Position numbers and translations under genes: made by a program
Notes under the pieces: model-generated
Told to the model about the DNA's origin: nothing
The model's database searches: none
What the model saw: the letters and a program-made list of their open reading frames with translations, nothing else
Part shown: piece by piece, positions 45,451 to 55,410 of the stretch
Layout of the letters: every line of letters starts with the position of its first letter
How positions within the stretch are numbered: the first letter of the stretch is position 1
From: Nitrospirales bacterium
GTDB taxonomy: Bacteria; Nitrospirota; Nitrospiria; Nitrospirales; UBA8639
NCBI GenBank assembly: GCA_965203665.1
Contig: OZ241905.1
Location: 174,275 to 238,274 of the forward strand
DNA: 64,000 bases
Direction of reading: 5' to 3'

Positions 45451-46194
45451 ATGCGTCGCCTGTCTGTCGTGCATAAGGCGTGTGGTGTTCTTCTGATCGT
45501 GTCATTGACGATAACGGGCTGCTTGGGCTCACGAGATTGGGATTATCCGCCTCCTCCGGAGAAAACGTATCTGGACGTGTCGGCTGACCAGAAAGTTGAC
45601 GGCAGTCTGGTGGTTGTTCCGCTTGATGATAAGCGGGGCACGGAGATGCGTGAACAATATTGGGCAGCCGCGATTCCCTTTATTCCTTATGCCACCACGG
45701 TCTATGATCGGCCTGAGACGGTATCGTCCCCCAGTCCCGTTGATGAAGTATCCTTTTCCCCGTCACGCGATTTTGCGCGTGCCTTGGCCGAGGAAATTCG
45801 AAAGACGAACATTTTTACGTCCGTGACGTTTGTCGACAAGGATCAACCCTTGCCTCCCAGCGATTTTGTTATGCAGGGACGACTCTATTCGACGCGATGG
45901 GAGCGGAATATTTCCACGTATCTGTTAGGTCCCGCCGGGACGGTGTTGTGGGCGGCCGGTCTGCCGCTGGGCACCACCGAGACCGACGTGGAAATGTTCG
46001 CGCAAATAACCCGGGCTGGGGAGCCGGACAACGCGTTGTGGGGCTTTGCCATGGAATTCGATGCCAAGGAAACCGATAGTCTCTATCGAGGATTGGAGGA
46101 TTCCGTCACGAATTATCCGAGAGGCCTGCAGGAAGGGCTGCGGCTCGCCATTGAAGATTTGGTAGAAAAAGCTCCGACGCGTCTCAAACCCTGA
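45451..46194 (+). CDS. lipoprotein, unknown function
   Basis: ATG 45451 follows AAAGGAGG. Signal peptide and lipobox 'LTITGC'. Confidence 0.65.
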   Translation: MRRLSVVHKACGVLLIVSLTITGCLGSRDWDYPPPPEKTYLDVSADQKVDGSLVVVPLDDKRGTEMREQYWAAAIPFIPYATTVYDRPETVSSPSPVDEVSFSPSRDFARALAEEIRKTNIFTSVTFVDKDQPLPPSDFVMQGRLYSTRWERNISTYLLGPAGTVLWAAGLPLGTTETDVEMFAQITRAGEPDNALWGFAMEFDAKETDSLYRGLEDSVTNYPRGLQEGLRLAIEDLVEKAPTRLKP

Positions 46195-46225
46195 GTCGGC
46201 TAGCGGTTTCGAGAGGGCCTGTCAG

Positions 46226-46561
46226 GTGGGTGTCGATCAGAGAGCACGGGTTGTCCTGGTAACGGCCTCGAGCCAAGAAGAAGCGCTGCTGATCGGGCGT
46301 TCGGTCGTGCAAAAAAAACTGGCGGCGTGTGTCACGGTCGTGCCCAATGTGACGTCCATTTTTGAATGGGAAGGCACAGTCTGCGAAGAACGTGAATGGC
46401 TGCTGGTCATGAAATCCCATGCCGACGCCTACGATGCCTTGGAATCCGAAGTAAAAGCACTCCACAGCTATGAGGTACCTGAAATTCTCGCCTTATCGGT
46501 AGCGAAGGGGGCAAGCGAATATTTGGCATGGGTCAAGGCCATGACCTCCCAGCCTAGTTAG
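46226..46561 (+). CDS. cutA: divalent-cation tolerance protein CutA
   Basis: 'LAACV...V.SIFEWEGTV.EE.EWLLVMKS......LE..V..LHSYEVPEILAL' is the CutA1 pattern. Confidence 0.85.
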   Translation: MGVDQRARVVLVTASSQEEALLIGRSVVQKKLAACVTVVPNVTSIFEWEGTVCEEREWLLVMKSHADAYDALESEVKALHSYEVPEILALSVAKGASEYLAWVKAMTSQPS

Positions 46562-46758
46562 CTTGCCAGGCCGTCCTCGGTCATTTCTGCCTAGGATATG
46601 ATGCTTGCCATTTACCAAGAACCGTATTGTCCCTACCGTAATACTCCCAATTGACCATGCGTGATTTTGTTCCGTAAAGTAGGATTTCCAGAGCCCACAT
46701 TCACCAGTGCATCTCACCCAAAGTCACTTAGGCTGACCCGAAGGTCCGAACTGATCCC

Positions 46759-47745
46759 GTGAACCTCTCTGATGACAGATGGACGGTTGTGCTTTTTCGG
46801 GGCATGGCTCGGGATCCTTTGAGGATCTCTTTGCGCAAGAGAACGTTTAAACGAGTGCTGCTCGCGGCCGCGCTATTGTCGGTCGTGCAGGTGGGGGTGC
46901 TTGCGCATTACGTGGTGCAGACGGGCCAAGTCACCGACCAAGTTGCCGAACTCGAAGGATTGAAGGAGGAACTCAGCCAGTCCAAAGGACAAGTGGTTGA
47001 GTTTTCTGAAGCCGTCGACAAAATGCGGCAGCGTGTCCTGAACATCCAATCGATAAACGAAAAGTTGCAAGTCATGTTCGGGCTTGAACCCGAGCAAGGA
47101 GGCACCGCTGTCGTCAATGGACAGGGCGGCGAAGAAGTTCCGTATGAGGCTGTCTTTGATGGCAGAACCGGAATTCTGAATTTCGACTATCTCGCGGAGA
47201 TCGGCGTGGGCGAGAATGCAGACGATACCGGGATCATGATGACGACTGATATCAAGAATGGGCTGTCCTGGCTTGATCGACAGACGGTCCGGCAACTTCG
47301 CGTATTGGCCCGGTTAGAAAAAGCAGCGGGAGAACGTGTTGGCCTTTGGGCCGCGACACCGTCCATCTGGCCCGTCAAGGGACCCGTCTCATCAAAGTTT
47401 GGGCCACGCATATCGCCATTTACCGGAAAGAAGGCGTTCCATGCAGGCGTGGACATTGTTGCTCCGAAAGGGGAAGAAGTCCGTGCTCCTGCCAAGGGAA
47501 AAGTGATCGTGGCATCCTATGATTCCAGGATGGGACATTACGTTCGAATCAATCATCGTTATGGAATTGAAACGACTTACGGCCATCTGTCCAAAATTCT
47601 CGTTCGGTACGGCCAAGAGGTGAAAAGAGGCGATCTGTTGGGCCGGGTTGGCAGTACGGGGCGGTTTTCGACCGGACCCCATCTTCATTATCAAGTGGCC
47701 GTCAACGACAAAGTTGTCGATCCTCTCCAGTATATTCTGGATTAG
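46759..47745 (+). CDS. M23 (LytM-domain) peptidoglycan endopeptidase
   Basis: 'HAGVDIVAPKGEEVRAPAKGKV','YGHLSKILV..GQEVKRGDLLGRVGSTG.STGPHLHYQV'. The start is uncertain (GTG 46759 or ATG 46804). Confidence 0.9.
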   Translation: MNLSDDRWTVVLFRGMARDPLRISLRKRTFKRVLLAAALLSVVQVGVLAHYVVQTGQVTDQVAELEGLKEELSQSKGQVVEFSEAVDKMRQRVLNIQSINEKLQVMFGLEPEQGGTAVVNGQGGEEVPYEAVFDGRTGILNFDYLAEIGVGENADDTGIMMTTDIKNGLSWLDRQTVRQLRVLARLEKAAGERVGLWAATPSIWPVKGPVSSKFGPRISPFTGKKAFHAGVDIVAPKGEEVRAPAKGKVIVASYDSRMGHYVRINHRYGIETTYGHLSKILVRYGQEVKRGDLLGRVGSTGRFSTGPHLHYQVAVNDKVVDPLQYILD

Positions 47746-48200
47746 TGCAGTCATGCACTGATTCGTCTTTGCGTGTCAGTCTTCTCACAAAACATCCAAC
47801 CGGACGCGTTGTTCCCGCGTTGTGTTGAAACCGGACCATGGGGCCAAAGGCCTAGCCTCAAAATTCCCGCATAGGGCTTCTTTTTAAAGAGGTGGGTCTT
47901 CTTTTATGTTGCCTTCTCGGTGGTTCGGTTTTAGGATAGATGCGTGGATTTTAGCTCAAGGTGGCTTTGGCGGGTCTTGCCAAGCCGTCAGGGCTGCCTG
48001 TCTCTCCCCAAAAATCAGGAGAGGATGCCGTGGGTTGGGTCATGAGAGGTCTTTACTAGGAGACTTCATCTACGCTAAGGTTACTGAAATAGACAAGCAG
48101 TGCTTCGATCAAAGGAGCAGAGAGTACGTATAAGTTGCACACGGCCGATAGGCTGAGTGGCTAACGTAATAAAAACGTCTCAATATAAGGGGGATCCGCA

Positions 48201-49091
48201 ATGAGCCTCGATTATGTCAAGTTTACACCAGGATTCGGAAAGTTCATGCCGAAAGAATATCGCGATATGGTGGAGCATGGTCCGTTCGGGAAAAAAATCT
48301 CGGTATCCCAAGTGGGAACCTTCAAGGAGATTTTGGAAGAACACCCGATGTGCGCAGGCTGTGCCATGACTCTGTTCATCCGGCTTGCCATGGTGGCATT
48401 CCCGAATGCGGAAGATACCATTACGGTCGGGACGGCCGGTTGCGGCCGGTTGGCCATTTCGCAGGCCGCCATCCCATTCGTGTACGGCAATTACGGGGAC
48501 CAGAACGGGGTGGCCAGCGGCTTGACTCGCGGCCTTCGCCTGCGGTTTGGGGATAAGCCCAAAGACGTCGTCGTAATGGCCGGAGACGGCGGAATGGCTG
48601 ATATCGGGTTCGCTCAAACCCTACATTCGTGGTTCCGAAAAGAAAAGTTCACCACCATCATGCTGGACAATGAGGTCTATGGAAACACCGGCGGCCAGGA
48701 AAGCGGCATGACGAACCGGAATCAGGTGCTGAAAATGGCGCCGCTCGGGAAGAAGTTCGAGAAAATGGATATGTTGGGTATGGCCAAGGTTTCCGGTTGC
48801 GCGTACGTGGCGACGGTGGTTCCCAACAACCCGCGACGGGTGGAAAGCGTGATCAAGAAAGCCGTGTTGGTCGCGAGGGAAATCGGTCCCAGCTATATTC
48901 AAGCCTACACGTCCTGTAATATCGAATACGCGATCCCGACGGACAAGGTGATGGAAGACGCCAAAACCGTGGAAACCGACCGCTACAAATTCACGGAATA
49001 TATTACGGATGAAGCCAAGGAATATTTGTCCCAGTTGTACGGGTACAAAGAATATCTGCCGAAGCCTGCCGCTGCCGTGGAAAAGCAGTAA
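48201..49091 (+). CDS. 2-oxoacid:ferredoxin oxidoreductase, beta (TPP-binding) subunit
   Basis: 'CAGCAMT', TPP motif 'MAGDGGMADIGF...LDNEVYGNTGGQ'. RBS AAGGGGGA precedes ATG 48201. Confidence 0.9.
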   Translation: MSLDYVKFTPGFGKFMPKEYRDMVEHGPFGKKISVSQVGTFKEILEEHPMCAGCAMTLFIRLAMVAFPNAEDTITVGTAGCGRLAISQAAIPFVYGNYGDQNGVASGLTRGLRLRFGDKPKDVVVMAGDGGMADIGFAQTLHSWFRKEKFTTIMLDNEVYGNTGGQESGMTNRNQVLKMAPLGKKFEKMDMLGMAKVSGCAYVATVVPNNPRRVESVIKKAVLVAREIGPSYIQAYTSCNIEYAIPTDKVMEDAKTVETDRYKFTEYITDEAKEYLSQLYGYKEYLPKPAAAVEKQ

Positions 49092-49152
49092 GGGCGGTCG
49101 ATTGAGCGAAGAAGCATTGATGGGTACGTGACGAGAGAGGAGGGCGCAGATC

Positions 49153-49857
49153 ATGGCGATTCGTTATAACATTCGTATGGCGGGAGTCGGCGGCCAAGGG
49201 GTCGTGACGGCTTCTCATATCTTCAGCACGGGGGTGATCAATGCCGGTGGCGAAAGCACCATCGTGCCGTTCTATGGGTCCGAAAAGCGAATGGCCCCGG
49301 TGGAGAGTTACGTGAGGGTCTCCGATGAGCCGATTTATGAAATCGGCGAAATCACGTTTCCCCACATTATCATGATCTTTCACCCCCAGGTCATTACCCA
49401 TGGGAAAAGCTACACGAATCCGTTTTATTTCGGGTTGAAAAAAGACGGAGTCGCCTTGATCAACAATGATGGTCCCATGAAACTCGAGCCCGACCAGGAA
49501 CGTGAACTGGAGGAATTAAACGCCAAACTGTTCTATCTGCCCGCCACCAAACTGTCGCTTGAGGTGGCCGGAATCGACTTGGCCACGAATATGGCCATGG
49601 TAGGCGCCATCGGCGCCATTACGGGTCTCTCGGACATGGAGGCCCTGGCGCAAGCGGTGAAAGACCGGTTCTTGGGCAAAGGCTTTGTGGTGTCCGGTGG
49701 GACTGCGGCTTTGGACAGCGTGGTTGAGAGAAAATTCAAGAAGAAACAGGAATTGATCGAGAAAAATCTGGCGGTGGTTCAATCGGCGTGGGAGTTTGCC
49801 GTCGAAAACAATTGGGCCAAAGCGAAAGGGGCATCCGCCTCGCCAGCCATGGCGTAA
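49153..49857 (+). CDS. 2-oxoacid:ferredoxin oxidoreductase, gamma subunit
   Basis: 'IRMAGVGGQGVVTASHIF' is the typical POR/OGOR gamma N-terminus. Confidence 0.85.
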   Translation: MAIRYNIRMAGVGGQGVVTASHIFSTGVINAGGESTIVPFYGSEKRMAPVESYVRVSDEPIYEIGEITFPHIIMIFHPQVITHGKSYTNPFYFGLKKDGVALINNDGPMKLEPDQERELEELNAKLFYLPATKLSLEVAGIDLATNMAMVGAIGAITGLSDMEALAQAVKDRFLGKGFVVSGGTAALDSVVERKFKKKQELIEKNLAVVQSAWEFAVENNWAKAKGASASPAMA

Positions 49858-49883
49858 TGCTTTAACCGACGAGAGGGGCCTAT

Positions 49884-50213
49884 ATGTATTTAGTTGCGAA
49901 TATCGAAACGGAAATATGTGCTGCCACGAGTTGCAAGTTGTGCACGCAATATTGTCCTGAGGCCAATACCATTCTGTACGACAACGAGGCCGGCCAGGAT
50001 AAGGGGTTCAAATATGGAGCCGCCTACGTCGCCGTGGACCGGTGTAAGGGATGCGCTCAGTGTGTCTGGGTGTGCGACAATATGGCCAAGCATAATGCCA
50101 TTAAAATGGAAATGATTGATCAAATCGGTGACACGGCTCTGACGGAAAACGTCACCTATGGTGAAAAAACCAGTTCGGCAGTCTTAGCCAATCCCGTTCG
50201 AGGGCAAGGTTGA
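49884..50213 (+). CDS. 2-oxoacid:ferredoxin oxidoreductase, delta (2x[4Fe-4S] ferredoxin) subunit
   Basis: Cys clusters 'CKLCTQYCP' and 'CKGCAQCVWVC'. Confidence 0.8.
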   Translation: MYLVANIETEICAATSCKLCTQYCPEANTILYDNEAGQDKGFKYGAAYVAVDRCKGCAQCVWVCDNMAKHNAIKMEMIDQIGDTALTENVTYGEKTSSAVLANPVRGQG

Positions 50214-50280
50214 GGGACGTTGTTCGAACGGCAAGGATGGTATTCGTCTCAACCGGATAAATCCAGAGTGGAGGATAGAG

Positions 50281-51036
50281 GTGGGAGCAACAGAGTTGGA
50301 AAGAATAGTTGAACCGGGTCCGGCGGGATTTCATCCGCCCTCCGCGGCCGAATTGGGTGTTCTTCCACCTTTGCCGGAACATGGCCTGACGTTCGGTCAT
50401 GAAGTGCCGGAAGAAAAGGCGATGGAAGAGATGGCCAGGGCCATGTTCACGAGAAAAAATGCGACGATTTTCCCCGGTCCCCTGGTGTTGTGGAATTGGA
50501 ACGACCACGCGGCCGAAAAGGCCCGGGCCGTCCTGGAACTTGCGGCCCAAATTCCGGAAGTTCTGATCATCCCGATGCCGGACTATCGTCCGAAATACCC
50601 GAAGATCGAACCCGAGGAAGTCATCAACCCCAATCATCCCAATCTGACGATATGGGGCAATAAAATCGAAGCATGCATTTTCATCGGGGTACATTGTCAT
50701 TACGCCAATCTGACCCTGAAAATGATCCGAGCCGGCACGAATTGCTGGACCTCGGCGATCTGCGCCGAGCAGGGCCACGAAGACGCCATGTTTACGGTGC
50801 GGGATTCCGACGCCGCCAAGATTCGCAAGGCGGCACGGGTGTTCAAACGCGTTCGCGAGGAATTGGGGATTCCATTGCCGGATAGCGGCGAGAGCGTCCG
50901 TTTCACGGGGTTGCAGTCCCGGGTGCATGACGGCAAGACCCATACGAACCCCATGGACATTCCGTTGGGAGAAGAAGGGACGGCAAGTGCCGCGGCTTTC
51001 GGTCATAAAGCCGAAGATATGCAGCGTGAAGGCTAG
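50281..51036 (+). CDS. fifth (epsilon-like) subunit of five-subunit 2-oxoacid:ferredoxin oxidoreductase
   Basis: A 251-aa ORF embedded between the delta and alpha genes, with GTG start after GGAGGA. The call rests on position in the operon; I recognise no independent motif. Confidence 0.6.
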   Translation: MGATELERIVEPGPAGFHPPSAAELGVLPPLPEHGLTFGHEVPEEKAMEEMARAMFTRKNATIFPGPLVLWNWNDHAAEKARAVLELAAQIPEVLIIPMPDYRPKYPKIEPEEVINPNHPNLTIWGNKIEACIFIGVHCHYANLTLKMIRAGTNCWTSAICAEQGHEDAMFTVRDSDAAKIRKAARVFKRVREELGIPLPDSGESVRFTGLQSRVHDGKTHTNPMDIPLGEEGTASAAAFGHKAEDMQREG

Positions 51037-51108
51037 GCCCATTATTGTTGATCACACGACCCCAGAAAGTTCGGCCTGGGATTGTCGCTACCCTAGAGGG
51101 GGGAAGCC

Positions 51109-52455
51109 ATGAGTGAAGCATTGGAAACGGAAGTCAAAACCAACCCGCAAGGCGACCCGATTACGAGTGCCGCTCCGGCACCTTCCAGTCAAGGAGGAAG
51201 AAAAGATCCTCATGAGGAGGCCAAACGGCAACAGGAGGTTTCCCCTGAGTATATGTTTTCAGAAGCGCCGCGTGAGCGGGAATTCATTACGGGGAGCGAA
51301 GCCGCCAAGGAAGCCGTTCGCCGGTCCAACGTCGATCTTTCCATCGCCTATCCGATTACCCCTCAAAGTGAAACCATGCAGTTGATCGGGGTGTTGTACG
51401 GAGAAGGGTACGTCAAAGAATATTATCGGGGTGAAGAGGAATACGGCGTCATGTCGGCGATTGCCGGGGGCTCCCGTGCCGGTGTGCGGTGCTTCACTGC
51501 CACGGCCGGACCGGGTACGTTGCGAGGGCTTGAACCCATCGCCTCCTGGCCGGGCCACCGCCTTCCCGCCGTGGCCATGTTTACTTGCCGGGTGGTTAAC
51601 GCCCCATTGGCCATTCAGCCGGACAATATCGAAGTCGCGTACTTGTTGAACTGCGGCATGATCGTCTTTCACGCCGAGAACCAGCAGGATTTGTTCGACT
51701 ATATTATGAAGGGCTTCATCATCAGTGAAAAGAACGACGTGACGTTGCCGGTCGGGGTGTGCTGCGACGGCTTTTTCGTAACCCATGCCCGGGGCTACTG
51801 CGCCATGCAGGACCGAGGGCTCAAGTTGCCGTCACGCGATTCCTGGAGAGGTGCGGTTCCGGTCCTGGATGCGGAAAATCCTCCGGCCCGGTTGTCCAGG
51901 GACGCGCCGGTCCAAAAATCGAATTTCATGGCCTACAATATCCACGCCGTGTGGCAACAAGAGGTCTGGGCGGCCGTGGAGCGGTCACGAAAATATATCG
52001 ACCTGTACATGGACGGCTTGATCGAGACGCAGGACGTGGAGGGTGCTGACGTGCTGCTGATTGCGTCCGGAAGCGCCGCGGCTCAGTCACGCGAAGCCAT
52101 CCGGATGTGCAAAGACAAAGGCATTCACGCGGGCTTGATCAAGGTGAAGTCGCTTCGCCCGTTCCCCACCAGGGAATTGCGGCAACTGTGCGCCAAGGCC
52201 AAACTGATTGTGGTGCCGGAATTCAATTACGTCGGGTGGTTGGCCAAAGACGTCGCCACGGCCATTTATGGCTACTCGAAAGCGAAAATCGTGGCAGGCC
52301 CTCACGTCTACGGCGGCATGTCCATGCCGGTGGAAATGATTTTTGACGAGATTGAATGCGGGCTGACGGGGAAAAAGTCAGCGACGGTTCCATCTTCCGC
52401 CATCATGGGCGCCGTGGATCAGGAAGCGGTTGCACACTTCATGCAAAATATCTGA
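51109..52455 (+). CDS. 2-oxoacid:ferredoxin oxidoreductase, alpha subunit
   Basis: 'ITGSEAAKEAVRRSNVDLSIAYPITPQSE' and 'TATAGPG' are typical of the POR/OGOR alpha subunit. Confidence 0.9.
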   Translation: MSEALETEVKTNPQGDPITSAAPAPSSQGGRKDPHEEAKRQQEVSPEYMFSEAPREREFITGSEAAKEAVRRSNVDLSIAYPITPQSETMQLIGVLYGEGYVKEYYRGEEEYGVMSAIAGGSRAGVRCFTATAGPGTLRGLEPIASWPGHRLPAVAMFTCRVVNAPLAIQPDNIEVAYLLNCGMIVFHAENQQDLFDYIMKGFIISEKNDVTLPVGVCCDGFFVTHARGYCAMQDRGLKLPSRDSWRGAVPVLDAENPPARLSRDAPVQKSNFMAYNIHAVWQQEVWAAVERSRKYIDLYMDGLIETQDVEGADVLLIASGSAAAQSREAIRMCKDKGIHAGLIKVKSLRPFPTRELRQLCAKAKLIVVPEFNYVGWLAKDVATAIYGYSKAKIVAGPHVYGGMSMPVEMIFDEIECGLTGKKSATVPSSAIMGAVDQEAVAHFMQNI

Positions 52456-52479
52456 ACGCGTCATTTGCGAGTTTCCCGA

Positions 52480-52517
52480 AAAAGCCTACCTCAATTCCGT
52501 TGAGGTAGGCTTTTTTA
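52480..52517 (+). terminator. rho-independent terminator of the OFOR operon
   Basis: Hairpin 'AAAGCCTACCTCAA-TTCCG-TTGAGGTAGGCTTT' followed by TTTT, 25 nt after the alpha stop. Confidence 0.7.
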
Positions 52518-52542
52518 TGACATCTGCGTATTATGAGCCGGG

Positions 52543-53313
52543 ATGAATATCTTAGTGACCAATGACGACGGCGTCGAATCTTCAGGGATCCGCATTCTGG
52601 AGAAACACCTGAAGAAGCTCGGCAACGTCTGGGTCGTTGCTCCCGAACGCCCGCAGAACGCTATGGGCCGGGCCATTACCCTGCATAAGCCCCTCCGATT
52701 GAAGCAACTTGGCCGGCAGGTCTTCTCGGTGAACGGGACGCCGTCGGATTGCGTCATCGTGGCCACGGGCCGGGTTCTCTGCGATCGTCCGATCCATTTG
52801 CTGGTGTCGGGAATCAACAAAGGGTTGAATTTGGGCGACGACGTGACCAATTCCGGAACCGTGGCCGCGGCGCTCGAAGGCGCAATCCGCGGCATTCCCT
52901 CGATGGCCGTCTCACTGGAGGGGTTAAAACGATTTCGCTTCACTGCGGCGGCACGGGTCGCGGTCGAGGTGGCTACCCTGGTCCTGAAAGATGGCTTGCC
53001 AACCGATACGCTATTGAACGTCAACGTGCCCGACGTTCCGGCCGAAGCCATGACGGGGATCCAAGTCACGTCGTTAAGCCGGCGGCAATATCGCAATTCC
53101 GTTGTCGAGAACATTGATCCGCGGGGGAACGCATATTATTGGATCGCGGGAGAACAGGTGACTTGGAACCGAAAAAAGAATTCCGACGTGGATGCCATTG
53201 CCGCCAAAAAGGTTTCCCTGACGCCGCTGCATTTTGACATGACGCAGTACGCCGCCATGAAAAAATTGACGGCATGGGAATCCGCGTTATCAAAGCGAAC
53301 GCGGTTATCCTGA
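52543..53313 (+). CDS. surE: 5'/3'-nucleotidase SurE
   Basis: 'MNILVTNDDGVESSGI' and 'SGINKGLNLGDDVTNSGTVAAA'. Confidence 0.9.
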   Translation: MNILVTNDDGVESSGIRILEKHLKKLGNVWVVAPERPQNAMGRAITLHKPLRLKQLGRQVFSVNGTPSDCVIVATGRVLCDRPIHLLVSGINKGLNLGDDVTNSGTVAAALEGAIRGIPSMAVSLEGLKRFRFTAAARVAVEVATLVLKDGLPTDTLLNVNVPDVPAEAMTGIQVTSLSRRQYRNSVVENIDPRGNAYYWIAGEQVTWNRKKNSDVDAIAAKKVSLTPLHFDMTQYAAMKKLTAWESALSKRTRLS

Positions 53314-53333
53314 GAGACGGGGACCGGACGCTT

Positions 53334-53942
53334 ATGTTCCAGGACCTGTATCAGTGGATGGTCTCATGGTCGGAATCACCGTACGCGGATCCCGTGTTAT
53401 TTGTGTTGGCATTTGCCGAGTCCTCCGTCTTTCCTATTCCCCCCGACGTGCTATTGATGGCGTTGACCTTGGGGAATCCCTCGTGGGGCCTGTATTATGC
53501 GGCGATAACGACCGCCGGCTCCGTGCTGGGCGGCATGTTCGGCTATCTCATCGGGTGGTGGGGAGGAAAGCCGCTTCTGCTGCGGCTGATCGGGCAGGAT
53601 CGCGTCTCCAAAGTTCATGACACGTTTGAACGTTATGAAGGCTGGACGATTCTGATTGCGGGCCTGACGCCCGTTCCGTATAAAGTGTTTACAATCGGAG
53701 CCGGCGCGTTTTATGTTAATTTTCGCGTCTTCGTTCTGGCGTCGCTGCTCAGCCGGGGCGCCAGGTTTTTCCTGGTCGCCGGGACGTTGCAACTGTTGGG
53801 TCCGTGGGTCAAAGAAGTCCTGGAACAATACTTCAATCTGTTCACCATCGCCTTAGTGGCGTGCATCGTTCTGGGATATTGGATCGTCAAACGGCAAACG
53901 AAAAAGGCCTTAAGCCCTTCCGCTACGCCAACCTCTGAATGA
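53334..53942 (+). CDS. YqaA/DedA-superfamily membrane protein
   Basis: 'FVLAFAESSVFPIPPDVLLMAL' and 'GLTPVPYKVFTIGAG'. ATG 53334 avoids overlap with surE. Confidence 0.75.
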   Translation: MFQDLYQWMVSWSESPYADPVLFVLAFAESSVFPIPPDVLLMALTLGNPSWGLYYAAITTAGSVLGGMFGYLIGWWGGKPLLLRLIGQDRVSKVHDTFERYEGWTILIAGLTPVPYKVFTIGAGAFYVNFRVFVLASLLSRGARFFLVAGTLQLLGPWVKEVLEQYFNLFTIALVACIVLGYWIVKRQTKKALSPSATPTSE

Positions 53943-53949
53943 CCGCTTC

Positions 53950-55410
53950 GTGAAGATTTTCAACACCCTGACGAATCAGAAGGAACCGTTCATTCCCATC
54001 GCGTCTCCCCGCGTCGGCATCTACGTCTGCGGCGTCACCGTGTACGATGAATGTCATTTGGGCCATGCGCGCAGCGCGATCGTCTTTGACGTTCTCCGTC
54101 GGTATCTCGCGTATCGGGGTTACGACGTGACCTACGTGAAGAACTTCACCGACGTGGATGATAAGATCATCAACCGGGCCGCGGAGGAAGGCATCCCGTG
54201 GGAGGGAGTCGTCGAGAAATATATGCAGGCGTATACCCGTGACATGAAACGATTGGGCGTCGTGACTCCGGACGTTGAACCGCGGGCCACGGAACACATG
54301 CCGGAGATTCTTGAGATGATCGGCACCATCCTGGACAAAGGCTTCGCCTATCAGGTGGACGGCGACGTCTATTATCGCGTGTCGGCTTTTCCGGAGTACG
54401 GACAATTGAGTAAACGGCACCTTGACGATATGCAAGCCGGGGCGAGAGTCGAAGTGGATGAACGAAAACAGGACCCCATGGACTTCGCCCTGTGGAAGGC
54501 GGCCAAACCCGGGGAACCGGCCTGGGAGAGTCCATGGGGACCCGGTCGGCCGGGCTGGCACATCGAGTGTTCAGCCATGTCCGTGCGCCATTTGGGAGAA
54601 ACCTTCGATATTCACGGAGGCGGCAAGGATTTGATCTTTCCTCACCATGAAAATGAAATTGCGCAATCCCGTGCCGCAACGGAGCAGGGGTTTTCCCGAT
54701 ATTGGGTGCATAACGGGTTCGTCACCATTGATGAAGAAAAGATGTCAAAATCGCTGGGAAATTTTTTTACCGTGAGAGAGATTTTCGACCAATCGAATTG
54801 CCCGGAACCCGTGACGGCCGAGGCGATACGCTATTTTCTGCTTTCGACCCACTATCGTGGAGACGTAAATTTTTCCAACCTGGCCGTGGCGGAAGCCAAA
54901 TCCGCATTGGATAACGTGTATGACCTCTTCACCCGTCTCTCCGAAAAGCCCGGATCCGGTTCGGACTTTGGGAAGGCTTTAGGAACCGTTTTGCCCCAAT
55001 TTCGTCAGGCATTCGAAGATGCCATGGACGATGATCTGAATACCCCCAAGGCGTTGGCGGCATTTCAGCAGCTTCGAGCCGAGGCTAATCAAGTTCTTCG
55101 AGGAGGGCTGTCCGAGCAGGACCGGCAGGAGGTTCTCGCAATCTTTCGGCAATACGGCGCGCCGTTGGGTTTATTTCAGCTCAATGAAAGAGAGTGGGTG
55201 TTTCGCGATTTGGAGTTCGGCATGGAGTCATGCCGGATGGGCACCGAGCAGGAGTACACCGATGAGTGGATTCAAGAACAGATTCGACAAAGGGCCGAAG
55301 CGCGGGCGCGGAAAGACTTCGCCGCCGCCGACCACATTCGAGAAGCCTTGGAGGCCAAAGGCATCCTTCTCGAGGACCGGTCGGACGGGAGCACCAGATG
55401 GAAGCGATAA
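53950..55410 (+). CDS. cysS: cysteine--tRNA ligase
   Basis: 'CGVTVYDECHLGHARS' (HIGH-type), 'WHIECS', 'KMSKSLGN'. Confidence 0.95.
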   Translation: MKIFNTLTNQKEPFIPIASPRVGIYVCGVTVYDECHLGHARSAIVFDVLRRYLAYRGYDVTYVKNFTDVDDKIINRAAEEGIPWEGVVEKYMQAYTRDMKRLGVVTPDVEPRATEHMPEILEMIGTILDKGFAYQVDGDVYYRVSAFPEYGQLSKRHLDDMQAGARVEVDERKQDPMDFALWKAAKPGEPAWESPWGPGRPGWHIECSAMSVRHLGETFDIHGGGKDLIFPHHENEIAQSRAATEQGFSRYWVHNGFVTIDEEKMSKSLGNFFTVREIFDQSNCPEPVTAEAIRYFLLSTHYRGDVNFSNLAVAEAKSALDNVYDLFTRLSEKPGSGSDFGKALGTVLPQFRQAFEDAMDDDLNTPKALAAFQQLRAEANQVLRGGLSEQDRQEVLAIFRQYGAPLGLFQLNEREWVFRDLEFGMESCRMGTEQEYTDEWIQEQIRQRAEARARKDFAAADHIREALEAKGILLEDRSDGSTRWKR

